NCBI GenBank assembly: GCA_973895155.1 | Contig: OZ316892.1 | Location: 24,313,971 to 24,377,970 of the forward strand | DNA length: 64,000 bases | Origin: Marsupella aquatica | Taxonomy: Eukaryota > Plantae > Marchantiophyta | Direction: 5' to 3' | In this document: piece after piece, positions 1 to 11,781 of the stretch | How the letters are laid out: the number at the start of each line of letters is the position of its first letter | Position numbering within the stretch: position 1 is the stretch's first letter | Notes under the pieces: model-generated | What the model was told of the DNA's origin: nothing | The model's input: the letters and a program-made list of their open reading frames with translations, nothing else | Database searches by the model: none | Program-made: the position numbers and the translations under genes

Positions 1-329
1 CTCTTCACACAGGAAGTTCAGTTCGGAGACATAGGAAACCTATACTTGCGGTTGACGGTTTAGTAACACGGGTTTGCCTTCTTAAACTGGCTTGCATTCT
101 AAACCGCAAGTTACCAAGTCTGTGGTTTTATCATTACTTCCCGTGGAAAAATACAGACAAAGCCAACAAAACGATAGCATGGCACGTGAAAATGACAGGC
201 ACAACATCAGGGAATACAATGCAAATGATGTCCACTGGAATGAAAGTCTCTACAGGTGAAGACTTTAAAAGTACAAAATTTTGCAGTCTGAAAATGTCTC
301 AAAATGAAGGATGGTGAACTACAGCACCT

Positions 330-1079
330 CTACACTAAGATCTCATCCTCACTATCTTCAGGCTCTGTATCAGTATCAAACCGCGCTACATCAAATCGCA
401 ATATATGCTTCTTGGGCCAATGAGGGATATGGGTGACCGTATGATCATAAGCCCACAACCAATGAAAGTCCACCACTCCGGTAGCGGGATCCACTACTGC
501 TACCGAATACCTACGTGACGGAATGTCACAGCAAGCATTAACACAACAAGTGCATGCCTCCCCATTTGCTAGCACACTAGTCCACAGACCAGTGCTATAG
601 ATCATCTTGAAGAACCTACATAGAGGTCTAGGAGGTAGTTCACGGTTCCGATAGGAATGAAGTTTCCCACCACTGTCAATGAGGAACTCTGTGGCAAGAG
701 GATCTGGGAGATCATCAATGATATCTTGGATCTCATCGAATGCTCCACTTCTATTGGCAGCATAAAAGTTTGGATCATACAAGGGATTGCCATCTACCAC
801 ATGGCAGCAGTGGAGAATCAGACGCCTCACTGCACCAGTCTTCAGAAGAAGGAGAACTAACCGATTACACCAACAAACATATCTGTCCCACTGAATATAA
901 ATAACCCCTTCCTGCTCATCTAAGTAAAAATGATATTGGTTCAAGTCGGATGCCTGCACAATTAGTTTAAAAATACGCAAGATAAGACTCGAATCCAGCC
1001 TCTTCAGCTGATTCAGAACGGCCCCATCGCCCCAGTAGTATGGGTCCATTTCCGGGAGGTATATGTGAATCTCCAACAT
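330..1079 (-). CDS. Cys/His-rich protein of unknown function (249 aa), weak F-box-like N-terminus; probable transposon cargo, paralogue of 58580-59293
   Basis: Intact intronless ORF. It aligns without gaps to the ORF at 58640-59293 (LKTGAVRRxILHCCHVV, AFDEIQD, LANGExCxCCxNACCDIPSRRYSV, HWLWAYDHxVTHIPxWPKK), with many synonymous-type differences. Confidence 0.8.
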   Translation of the reverse strand: MLEIHIYLPEMDPYYWGDGAVLNQLKRLDSSLILRIFKLIVQASDLNQYHFYLDEQEGVIYIQWDRYVCWCNRLVLLLLKTGAVRRLILHCCHVVDGNPLYDPNFYAANRSGAFDEIQDIIDDLPDPLATEFLIDSGGKLHSYRNRELPPRPLCRFFKMIYSTGLWTSVLANGEACTCCVNACCDIPSRRYSVAVVDPATGVVDFHWLWAYDHTVTHIPHWPKKHILRFDVARFDTDTEPEDSEDEILV

Positions 1080-2308
1080 GGCCTGTTAAAGACCCGCAAA
1101 CTAAGTGAGGGAACGCAAACCTTGCTCCAGAACCAAAGTTGAATTGCTAGTATAAAAAATGGGCAGGCATGAATCTTGGACCATTGCTTGGGAGACCACC
1201 TTCACTGGACCAATACCAAGAGGGCCTTGCCCCATCCCGGCCATTTCTCCTGGTCATTGGCTTGAAAGATTCATTGCAGCTTTCTCCGAGTAATTTTGGG
1301 TGGGAAGGGACGAACCCTTTGCTGGCAAGGACTCCAGTGTCAGCGTAAGCACAAGAGAGACTGGGATCTGCACATGCAGGACTTGTGCTTCAGCCATGTG
1401 CAGTCGGGGCCAGGCCCACCACTCCAATTCCCTCCACTCGAACACAGATGGCCCAGTCAAAATTTCCTTACTGACTCGCTCAGCCGATGACTCAATATTT
1501 TATTGGAATTGTCTCCCGGACCACCCAACCCTATGACCAGGCTCTAAACTGGATTGCACTTGGCTGCCAACTCCAAGGCCCCCCCCAGGCAACTTGCCTC
1601 TCCTTCAAGGAGCGCTAGACTGCTGGGGACCAATTCCAGTAGTCTCCACCAAGGGCATCACTTCCCTGGGGTCTCCTTGAAGTCGAGCATTCCTATACAG
1701 CAACGCATGCAAGAGCTCTAAAGGAAATGCAGAATGGACATGTAACAACTAGCCATGTGTTACTTACCTGAGCAACACACAATCCCTATCGTTAGACTGG
1801 ACAAAAAATCCAGAAAAGCAAAGGAAATTGAGATGAGGTAACTCGAATGACAACGTACCTTGTTGATGGAATAGGACAGAACCAGGGGCCCTGAGGTCAA
1901 TTATACACGACCTATTTGGTGAATGCGCCTTGCTTGAAATAAAACCTGGAGTACAACACCCGGGACAAATCCAAAGTGAGTTTTAAATCATACATTTCCA
2001 TATTGAATGATAGCAATATTCTGGCAGGCCTTCAATTTCTTTTGAACAAATGGAGTATTTCGAAATATCATCATGGTTCCTCAAATTAAAGGAACTCAGA
2101 CCAATTTTCCTCTGTTGGCTCACTGCCTTCAAAATTGATACATTCAACATTCCTTGTACAAAATAGCTCCACAGGAGCAAAGTGCGAAAACCTGAACTAG
2201 TTTTCAGTGTGGTACACAAGAGGAACATCCCCTCCCTGTGCACAAGCCAACACATAATTCAGGGCACAATGTAACCTAAACTACCCTACCGTGAAAATTG
2301 GGGCCATC

Positions 2309-2893
2309 CTAAGGTATGGACAGATTCACCCAAGGATGTGTATTATAAACCACACAACAGAAACGGGCCATCCGACGAAGCTGATTCAACTTTGCATTCT
2401 CATCAAGTGCCGGGTCTTGGGAACAGATACTGCACTCTGCAATCAATTCATGGATATAGGCATTAAGCTGAGCCTTGGAGGCGTCAGGCACTCCATCGGT
2501 CTTCACACAAAATTGAAGGTATATGGGCAGACGTTTAGGTCTTGGGACGCGTCGGAGTGCTCGAGGCAGATTGCTACGTCTGACAGGGGCAATGTCTCGG
2601 TAGTAGCACAGGACCCCTAGACCTCTAGGGAGGACTTCATCCCGAACCATCAACTTGTACAGTCTGCGTACACGTCTGGTTAGAGTGTCCTCTGCTCTCC
2701 TCATAGAACGGGTGATCACCATACCTCGCCAAGTTTTGGTCGTTGCTTGCCTGATGTAGGTGGATGACCAAGGAATCTGGTGGATATGGTTCACGACGAT
2801 CCACTCTCAGCAAGAGACATGCAAGACCTTCAACGTAGACGACAGCTTGGTAGACCAGAAGTCCTTCAACACACCGGCAGATTCAGAGACCTG
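2309..2893 (-). CDS. Probable terminal exon of an uncharacterised gene (161-aa ORF 2309-2794)
   Basis: Protein-like ORF with a CSIC motif and an upstream tgtgcag acceptor-like site near 2893; no recognisable family. Confidence 0.35.
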
Positions 2894-3110
2894 CACACAA
2901 ATTTACTTCACAACATCAATAAGTCGTTATAGTGTGCAACGATAGACTTGGGCAAAGACATTTGGAAGCAAGGAGTAGGTATACGTGCACATGAGGAAAA
3001 CATAAGAAAGGGAGTCAAGTTGGCCTTCAATTGCATGCAAGAACACACAACATCACCTGAAATTCCAAATTCGTCTCATATTCAAATGAACTCAAGTCTT
3101 ACATTGACAA

Positions 3111-3518
3111 TTATGCCAACCCGGCCAAGATCTGCGTCTTTAGCCAATCCTCCGCTTGTGCTCTAGTCTTAAATGACCTATGACTATTCCCACTAAAACC
3201 TAGGACTTGTTTGTCAGCGGCTTCGTGACATTCACATATGCCTGGCCTACGGCCTCTAGACACTGCATAATAACGGGAAACTAACGGCGTAGAAGTCTTG
3301 TGCAGAGGCAAAGCTTCATGACCCACAATGTCAGTATGAGGGGCCTCTGCACCCCCAGCATCAGCCATCTCTAGGGGTGGACGCGCAAGAGCGATGAATT
3401 GCTCCAAAATTTCATGCAAAAATCGAAATAGTTGGCTAAGCAAACCCAACAGAGTCCACAGTAAATTTTCAGTACACAATCCGACCGCAGAGCACACAAA
3501 TGCCCCTATGACTTGCAC
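3111..3518 (-). CDS. Exon/ORF with RNase H1 N-terminal hybrid-binding (Cauli_VI/viroplasmin) domain preceded by a hydrophobic segment
   Basis: RYYAVSRGRRPGIC...AADKQVLGFSGNSHRSFKTRAQAEDWL matches the YYAV+xG+xPG+Y..W.....V.GF.G..+KSF.T..+A..+L consensus. Confidence 0.8.
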   Translation of the reverse strand: MQVIGAFVCSAVGLCTENLLWTLLGLLSQLFRFLHEILEQFIALARPPLEMADAGGAEAPHTDIVGHEALPLHKTSTPLVSRYYAVSRGRRPGICECHEAADKQVLGFSGNSHRSFKTRAQAEDWLKTQILAGLA

Positions 3519-6500
3519 AGAAAGGGTCTATATGGCATTGACCTTTGTCTCACGTGACATATTGCTTATAGATTGACTTCTACCGGGACTTCTACTCACA
3601 CGACAATTGACGCCAAGAACCTGAATCCCAGACCTGAATGTGCCTAAACTTTCAAGACAACTCACACTTTCCGGGCAGCCCTTGCACTTCACCTGCGGAG
3701 AAGACAAACAAATCCATTCAATAAAAGAAACGAGACTCGGAATGACACTACAGGACTGCATTGGGAATTACAAAGCAGATGACAGTAGTCGCAAATCATA
3801 TCATACAATAGCTGAGAAGGAGAAACAATTAATATGCAAAATGATGTGTCACCTTAGAGTGATGTAACCCCGCGGCCAAATACGATACTAGTAGACAAGC
3901 GTTGAGCCCCGGCCTCGGCCCACCTCCAAACCTGTAAAACAAAATGAATGATAGGTCAAGCTAACTGCAGGAGCCATAATTCTTGAAACTTCAGTACATC
4001 AAATTCAATGATCACCGACTGCTTGGAAAGCCCAAGCACAGATAGAGTTTTAAAGCTAAGCTTTACCAAATGTAGTAGCAAGCTAAAGCTAAAATTTCTT
4101 CACGTGAGAGCTTTGACCTAGGTGCGAACAACTTGACCTTACAAAGCGTAAATTAACACAGCTGACATTGATGCGCGGAGCTTCAACAAAATGCTTCAAC
4201 CCACGAAGGTAGTTAAATCAAAAGATGCATCAAAGCCCCGATCAAAGCAAGTGCTCACAGAGACAGAGTGGAGGAGGACAGAGCAAAACGAGAGGTATCG
4301 CTCCGCCACGACATTACAACAAGAGAAACAGCACATGGGTTGTGTCCCGACTAAACTACTAGACTTTGGAGCTTTCCACTCTCTGCTCTGCTCTGCTCTA
4401 ATCTGCTTTGCTCCCACGCTCTGTTTCAGACTGGAGGGCGCAATAGGAACTTCACCAGAAACCAGGCAGCATTTTGGAAATCTAGATCAACTCACTATGA
4501 TTTGTTGGCGTTGATTGACACACCCTCAGCCCCTCAGAGTATTCTCTGCCGCTGTTTGGGTCCCCGCTATAAGCGCAGCTCCAATCCCGACGCGTGCTAT
4601 TAAACTGCAAAAAGACATGTGGGATCCTGTCATTGAAGAATAAGGCAAATAACACAAGGTATTCATCCGAGGACCTAGTACAGATTTCAAGAAGTTAAGC
4701 ATACTCACCAACACTTAAAAGCTGACCGACTGCTTTCCCCACTGCTTTCTCCCCAATTGTTGTTCCGCTAGTGTAACAAGCCTAGCAAATGTCTGCCTAG
4801 CCTTGCGCTTCACCTGTAGAGAAGAGACAAGAATGAACATCAATTAAAACAAAGCCCCGAACAAAGCCATCCCATAAGAATGACTCGACCGGAAATATTA
4901 CAAAATTGCAATGGTAGAAGCATGTGGCTAATATGAAATGCCTTCCTTTAGCATACGTGAACTACTTTAGCCAAGAAAAGGATGTTCACTCAGTCTGCAA
5001 TCTTGGGGCAGTAATGAGCGTTGAGAGACACGGACATATACAAAAATGGAATTGGCGTTGAAGAGCCAGGCGCACATTCTATCTATTTACAGAGCAGAAT
5101 AGACTTGGACTATCCAACATTTAAACGATAGGAGTGGGCAACAATACACTATATGGAAGTAACTTGCATCCAAAATAGAAAAACCCCCGGGAAAACCTTC
5201 ACTACATTGTTACCTTGATCCGATCAGAAGACTCTTGCCCCCGCTCTTGCCACAATCGATTGGAAGCTTGAAAGTAGAAGGCGCCAACCCCTTCTTCTTT
5301 AAACCCCCGGGAAAGGCCCTGCAAATTCAGATGCTTTAGAACAAATAGGCAACCACAAAATGAAGTGACTAAACCAGTAAAACCAAATCCCAGGCTACGA
5401 TGACCAATTTAAACACATGCATGAAGGAAAATGCTTTAGACATAGGTTTTGTAGCATGCGGGAACAAGCAGAGTGCGGGGCAGAGCGATAGAAAGTGTCA
5501 CAAACACGGGCACAAACACAAACCAACACAAATTGCCACAGACGCAAACTTAATGTCCCTTCTTGCCGCCGACCATGCCCGAGACCGTGTAACCGTAGCC
5601 CTAATTTGCTGTGGGATTCCTGTCGGTGCCGGGGCCGGTGTTCACTATAGTCACCACCAACCTACAAAACAAAAAGCGACATAAGTCTCCGCCTGAAAAG
5701 CCAGCAACAGAAAAGCACAGTCCAAAATGTTCAAGACAAGAGGCCGGGCGAGAGGCAGCCCCGGGGCAGCAACAACAAAATGCACTTGTGCCTCAGCTCA
5801 AATCACTGGCACAATCTCTCGCCCATGGTTTCGCTCATTCGGCCCAAGATGTCCAACTTGGCCAAGGTTGAAATGCAGCCCGCAACCCCGTCTGCAATGC
5901 CCGCTGCAATGGCCAAGGTCAAAATGGGGGTCGAAATGCAGCCTCAGCTCCCCGCCCAGCTCCCCGCTCAACTCGCAATCAGCTTACAAAATTACTCGAT
6001 CACAAAATGGACATGGGAATCGTAACAGGAATGCAAGCCCGAATGCAAGAGAGTCCCGGAAGAGAGTGAGAGTGAGTGCACAGACCGGGGCACAGACACG
6101 TTCACAAAGCCCGGGACAAAGCCCCAGAGAAATCCCGAGAGTTCAAACAAATGCGGGACCGAACGTCGAACACTTTCGCCCAAACTCCAACTCAAGATCA
6201 CGCAAGATGCGGAGCGAGATGACAAAGAAACGAGTGAAGAAACTGCAGTGCAGGAGGGAGAAACTGGCAAAAAAGTCCAAAAGTCCGAAAGCCCAAAAGT
6301 GTGGCCCCGACTCGGACCTCTCCGGAGACCCCTCCTCCCACCCCTCCTGTCCCACCCTCTCGCACCGTCTCCCCGAGCCAATTCTCCCTCCTGCACTGGC
6401 ATCCTACATCAAACGGCTCCTACAAAGTAGGAGGGGCAAAGGGGGGAACACGACACCCGGCACGACACTTTGACCACCCTTCCCCCCAAAACCCGTAAAC

Positions 6501-7441
6501 CCTAAGCCACTGGTCAGGTGACACGTGGTCCAATGAGAAAGTGACGCGTGTCATTGCATATTAAAATGGCCCTTCAATTGATTAACTTTGGGACACCTTA
6601 AAAAAACCCTTCACCTATTCAATTTGTTGCGATGATATATAAGGACCTTGTTTGTTCTAATGGTGTTATAATATTATTTGCGAAATTGATATTTAATACC
6701 CATCGGACGTTTGCACGTGTGTTTCGTTATTTTGTAAGCTGAGGGCCCAGGGACGTGCATCCATATTTGACACTTCCGATTGTGTAGCAAGATTTCCCTG
6801 CGACATCGATCATCTCAGTATCTACCAACATTGTACTTGCTTCAATTGAAGCATCTACAATCTTACTTGCATCCAATGTTGCTCCCAAGTTTTGACGTCG
6901 CTTCACCCTGCTCCCACTTGGTTGAGAGTCTATCAACTTTGCATCAACTACAATTCAGTGCATTCAAGTCCAACATAAGTCAATCAAGTCTAATCACATA
7001 TACTAAATGTACATGTCACCAACCACAAAGTTGTCACTATCACCTTACCATTATGAACAGCCTTCTTCCCCTTCTTTGCCATTGCCACATCCTCCATGTC
7101 TGCTTCTGCTGATCAGTAAACACACTACAATATTCAGGTTGAATTTATTAACCAAAGAATTGTCTCACAACATTCATATAGAGGAATTTAAAGCATAAGC
7201 TTACGTGATACCTCCTTGGCTATGGTCATTGAGGCACTGGGCCCATCTTTCTCATTATTTGTCTTTGAATCACCTAATACATCAATCATGATGTCACTTC
7301 AGATTTTGTTCATCCAACCAGTTCTTACAAAAAAGATTACCTTTCACAACTTAAGCTTCACAAAAACTCCATGCACTTTTCAAATGTAAACTACTGAATC
7401 ATAGCAGGTTACCAGTCTCAGGGACCTTCTTGCCCTTCTGC

Positions 7442-8460
7442 TTACAAGAAATAGGTGCCTTGAATGCCTCCAATGTTCCTACATTCAAACCATTCACTCC
7501 ATTCATGAAAACCTACTTCTAACATTTCAACATAGGGCACAATGAACAATGGGCCCGATGTCATTTCCATACCTGTGTCAGATTTGGCAATTCCCTTTTT
7601 TGTTAACAAGGGCACACTTTGAACAAGGTTGCCCTCATTGTTTGGCTGGGAACCACCCAATTTTTCAATTAAAAGCTTGAAATTAGATTCCACTGATGCA
7701 AGAACGTTCGCTACAAATACCTCCACAATATCCAAACGATCACCCAATTTACTTTCCACTCGAGGGAGTCCACACTCTAATGACTTCAACCGTTCACACA
7801 TCTCTGTGAGAGTTGTAACAGTTCCCTCTCATAACACAGCTTACACATCTCAAATAACTGTCCCTAAGTACTGGTTGCTTACTTCCTACTACATTTCCTT
7901 CTGATGCTCAAGGCCAAATAGTCTACGAACATAACAGAATTACAACATAATCACATGTTTGGAAGTCACACTTGTCACCTTGTGTTGGCATTTTCCTGTT
8001 AGAACCATTGTCTATCCACATCCTTTTCAACCTATGTCCCTCTTGTTTCAAAATCCTCATTGCATAATCTGATATGAAATCTTCAACTGGGCCCTTACCA
8101 TCATTACCAACATAGTCCCACCGTTCAAGAATGTCCTTGCAGATAGTAGCCCAATCGGCTTTGTTCTGACTCCTAAACTTTGTAATGCTCAAATATAACC
8201 AGCACAATACTTCTCCTCTCAAGTTAGAATGCCAACGGTGCTTACCATATCATCACATGTGGGAGTTATCCAACCATTGGAATTCACTTCTACTTTACCA
8301 AATTTGTTAGTGTCTCTTGCCTTGGTACTCCCTGAAGCGCTACTAGGTGTCCCTCCACGGCCTGGGGTCCCCACGGCCTACTCTCCCCCCATGGCCTGGA
8401 TTGCATTGTCCAAACCTCCTTGGAGTCCCTGCACATTTACAGGATCCCTGGCATGATTCA
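7442..8460 (-). pseudogene. Degraded TnpA/Ptta-En/Spm-like accessory protein of a DNA transposon
   Basis: Fragments LSITKFRSQNKADWATICKDILERWDYVG...RILKQEGHRLKRMW and a downstream coiled-coil ORF (7442-7801); interrupted by stops and frameshifts. Confidence 0.35.
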
Positions 8461-9088
8461 GCTCAGCTCAGCTTAGCTCCACGTATCTCCACCTGAGTTG
8501 CACCTTCGTTTGATTAGCGCTATTGCTATGCAAATAATGGCCATAAGCAAACCGTGACAGTTTGCAGAATGCTACGACAAGTAGGATTATGAAATAAAAT
8601 TGGGACCAAAAAAAAGAGTGACAGGGCCAGGGCAACATACTTCGCCTACCACCCTGCACTTAGGCCACCAACTAACACTTGGAGCAGCGGATGGAGAATT
8701 ACATCAGATGAGTGGACAGAGAATGAGCAATCCGGTTATAGGCAAACAACGACTGACGCCCTGATGCAATCAAACGCACATCGACATAGCGGAGGGACAT
8801 AAAAACTACATAAGCCAACTGACCTATTTAAGACCCACAATTTCAAGGGGAGGGACAAAGAGAGCAAAAACAGATGCAAAGACAAAGTTGTACTCACTCA
8901 ATTGAGTAGGCAAGTGGGTGGGTGAAGATCAAGAACCAAAGTAGCAGCAAAGCCAGAGTAGCAACAAAGGGGAAATTTGAGCAAAAGGTAAGTGACACAG
9001 ACAACTGCAGTGGTGTAAAGACATTGGGGACATCTTTGGCTAAAGAAAACATACAAAGTATCCTGGTCATACCTTTGAGGTGGAGGTC

Positions 9089-9177
9089 GCAGGTAGCATG
9101 TGGAACATTGCTGGTCCCAAGTCTCAACACGCAGGTAGCATGTGGAACATTGCTGGTCCCAAGTCTCAACATGCAGG
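9089..9177. repeat. 42-bp tandem duplication
   Basis: gcaggtagcatgtggaacattgctggtcccaagtctcaaca occurs twice; a nearby 36-bp duplication (gccctcagtctcctatt..gcaa.cagctcatgctc) lies at ~9265-9340. Confidence 0.9.
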
Positions 9178-11303
9178 TTAGTAGCAACTTGCGCTTTGTT
9201 GCCTTTTGAATGCACATTCTCAGCTTCCGCAAGCAGCTCACCCTCTTACCCTAAAGAAGCAGCGTGCCCTCAGTCTCCTATTTTGCAAGCAGCTCATGCT
9301 CGCCCTCAGTCTCCTATTCTGCAAACAGCTCATGCTCGTCCCTCTTGTTTTGCAAGCAGCTCATTCTTGTCAGAGATGGTGCAAGCTGTATGTCCTCCTA
9401 AACTCTAAAACCCAAAATGAATGTCGAGACCAAGCACCTCCAATCTGTTCAATCCCTTCCGCAAGCAGTCAAGCGTCAGATGACAATGTAGGGATCAAGA
9501 ACCAAGCGCTAGGCGGACATTGCACAAAACAAGGACCGGGGGCAGAGACGATAATGCACAAAATGCAAGTAGTGACTGTCCCAACCGGTCAGTCTTCTGT
9601 GAATCTTTGCCCACATTGTCTCACTCCCAAGCTATCAGCTCTCAGGCAAGAGACAAATCAATCATCTCCGCTTGGACTTTTTACCTTCACGCCAAAAGCT
9701 GTCACTGGCCTCAAATGCTTCTCTGCAAATGTCCACAATGCCTCAATGTCCTTACCACCAAGTGCTATGATGACCAAAGCACACTCACCCTAACCCAAGA
9801 CTTAGTGCAAGCAGGCATGTAAATGCTAATACAGGGCCCGTTTCCGTTGAGGTGAGCCGTTGAGCTTAGTGTGCTTAAGTCCGCGCCAGAGTGTTGATGT
9901 AGGGGAACGATGTGGACTTAATTAGGCAACAAAAGTTCCCAAACTAACACGGGTTAAGGATAACTTTAAATAAATCCCTTTGGTGAGAAAGATGAGGCCA
10001 CTTAATCAGTTGTGCCCCACCCTACCCCCCCCCCCCCCCCTCATGGAATTCCCATTATCAAAAGTACCCATCATTTAGACTAAAACCAATCACGGGCTAG
10101 AGTGTTCACTGTGCCAATTAGTGCCCATGACCCTATTAAAAGGACACTAGTTAGCTCTGCACGAATATGTCATGGTTGTGGGTGTATGTTGTACCTAGCT
10201 AGGGTTATAGTGATGCATTAGTTCCGGTTTAGAAGTAGAAGTTGTTGTACCAAACTATTGCTTGGCCTTTACAGTGATTCCAAGAATAAAACCCATGATG
10301 TGCTAGAGCGTTCACCCTTCACAAAGTAGCAAGGTTACTTTTCATAGTCTTTAACTAAACCGGAAAACACATGAAGTCTTTTATAGTCTTAGTTTAACAA
10401 AACCTTGGCAATGGATGTGAGTCATTTAAGGTATGGAAGAAGGACTTAGTGGGCTTAGTCCTATGAGGTATGGTCTAAATTGCCCCGGTTTCTACTAGTC
10501 ACACTAAGACCTTGAAGTTCTTAACTGGTACCCTATACCACTCCCTTGATATGGCTATGAGGATCCACAAGCACAATCCTGGCCCAATTATCCTACTCAT
10601 GGATGTATGCAACATCACATGGACTGAGAGAAATGCACGAGTTTATTCATAGTTTCTTGGCCAACTCCCAAGCTGGGTCATTCTGAAGTCTGTGAATGAC
10701 CACCTGAAAAAAATGCTCTTGCTAGCAACCTGGCTACACAAAAGACCAATCAACTAAACAGGTCCTAGAGGAACTCAATTTTGTGATGAAACCATGGGCC
10801 AAGAATGAGGTCCCGACTGCATTGATGCAAAATGATGACTCTAGGCAAATCTTTTCAGTTAGTGGTACTAGAAAGCATCCCTACGGGACAACATGAGAAT
10901 AGTGATCTAAACCATAGTTCACCAGGGAGTACCAGTACTCTAAACTAAGACTATTGATAGCCGGCAACCTACTATTCAGAATACATACATTGTTGAGCTT
11001 AGAGTTAGAATTAAGGTGTCTAAGTTTCTTAGGAATGAAATAATACCAGTCATCAGACGAGGGGCCTGAGTATTGTGAGCCCGCAGAATGATTGGGAAAC
11101 CGGTCCCAATGGAAACCATCAGGTGTGGTGGTTGGGTAGAGCCGGCTGGCCGGATTGACCCCTCTGGGTGGGCTGATCTCGGCCCATCCTGGATGGCCTC
11201 TTGTTTTATGGTTGTGGGTGGTTATGTCCCTGTTTACTATAAAGGTCTTCTTATTTAAAAAATTAATTGATATTTTTATTTTTTTAAAATCAGACAGTGA
11301 GTA

Positions 11304-11372
11304 CTCATTACTTACTTCCTTTTACAATAGTAGTTGCTAGTATCCTGCATCTGGCTGCATTTTCAATATGGT
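11304..11372 (+). other. cob: Micro-NUMT: fragment of mitochondrial cob (apocytochrome b)
   Basis: Translates as HYLLPFTIVVASILHLAA then caatatgg, matching plant Cob HYLLPFI.VGAS.LHLAALHQYG with a small deletion. Confidence 0.75.
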
Positions 11373-11693
11373 TGTTTGCCTCCATTATCAATAACATAGA
11401 CTTTCTTTACGGATGCATCTTTTTGGATTTGAAGTATAAGCACCCATCAAAGCCCTGCAAATCTCCTCATTTAAGAACCTGATATCACATGACTATCAAA
11501 GTAGATTTGCAAGGACTGTTGCAGGCCATAAGATGATAATTGTTTGTGGTTCAGTATTCCTTAAATTGGGGTTCAAGCCAAATGTACCAGATGGTGATTC
11601 TGCTGAGCAAGCTAGTTCCAGTACAATTGTACTGATTGCAAATGATCTTGAAGGCTGAGAAGGACTTCACCGAGAACTCCTCCTGCATTTTCA

Positions 11694-11781
11694 GGACTTG
11701 TTATATACCAGGGATCAACTTAAGAGTTGACAAGGCCGGACTTGATATATACCAGGGATGAACTTAAAAATTGACAAGGCC
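11694..11781. repeat. ~44-bp tandem duplication
   Basis: ggacttg.tatataccagggat.aacttaa.a.ttgacaaggcc occurs twice. Confidence 0.85.

Noticed and set aside
5727-6473. 248-aa ORF and overlapping ORFs in a GC-rich stretch
   Set aside because: Low-complexity, stop-poor sequence with ORFs in many frames and no domain motifs; more likely a promoter/UTR or element end.
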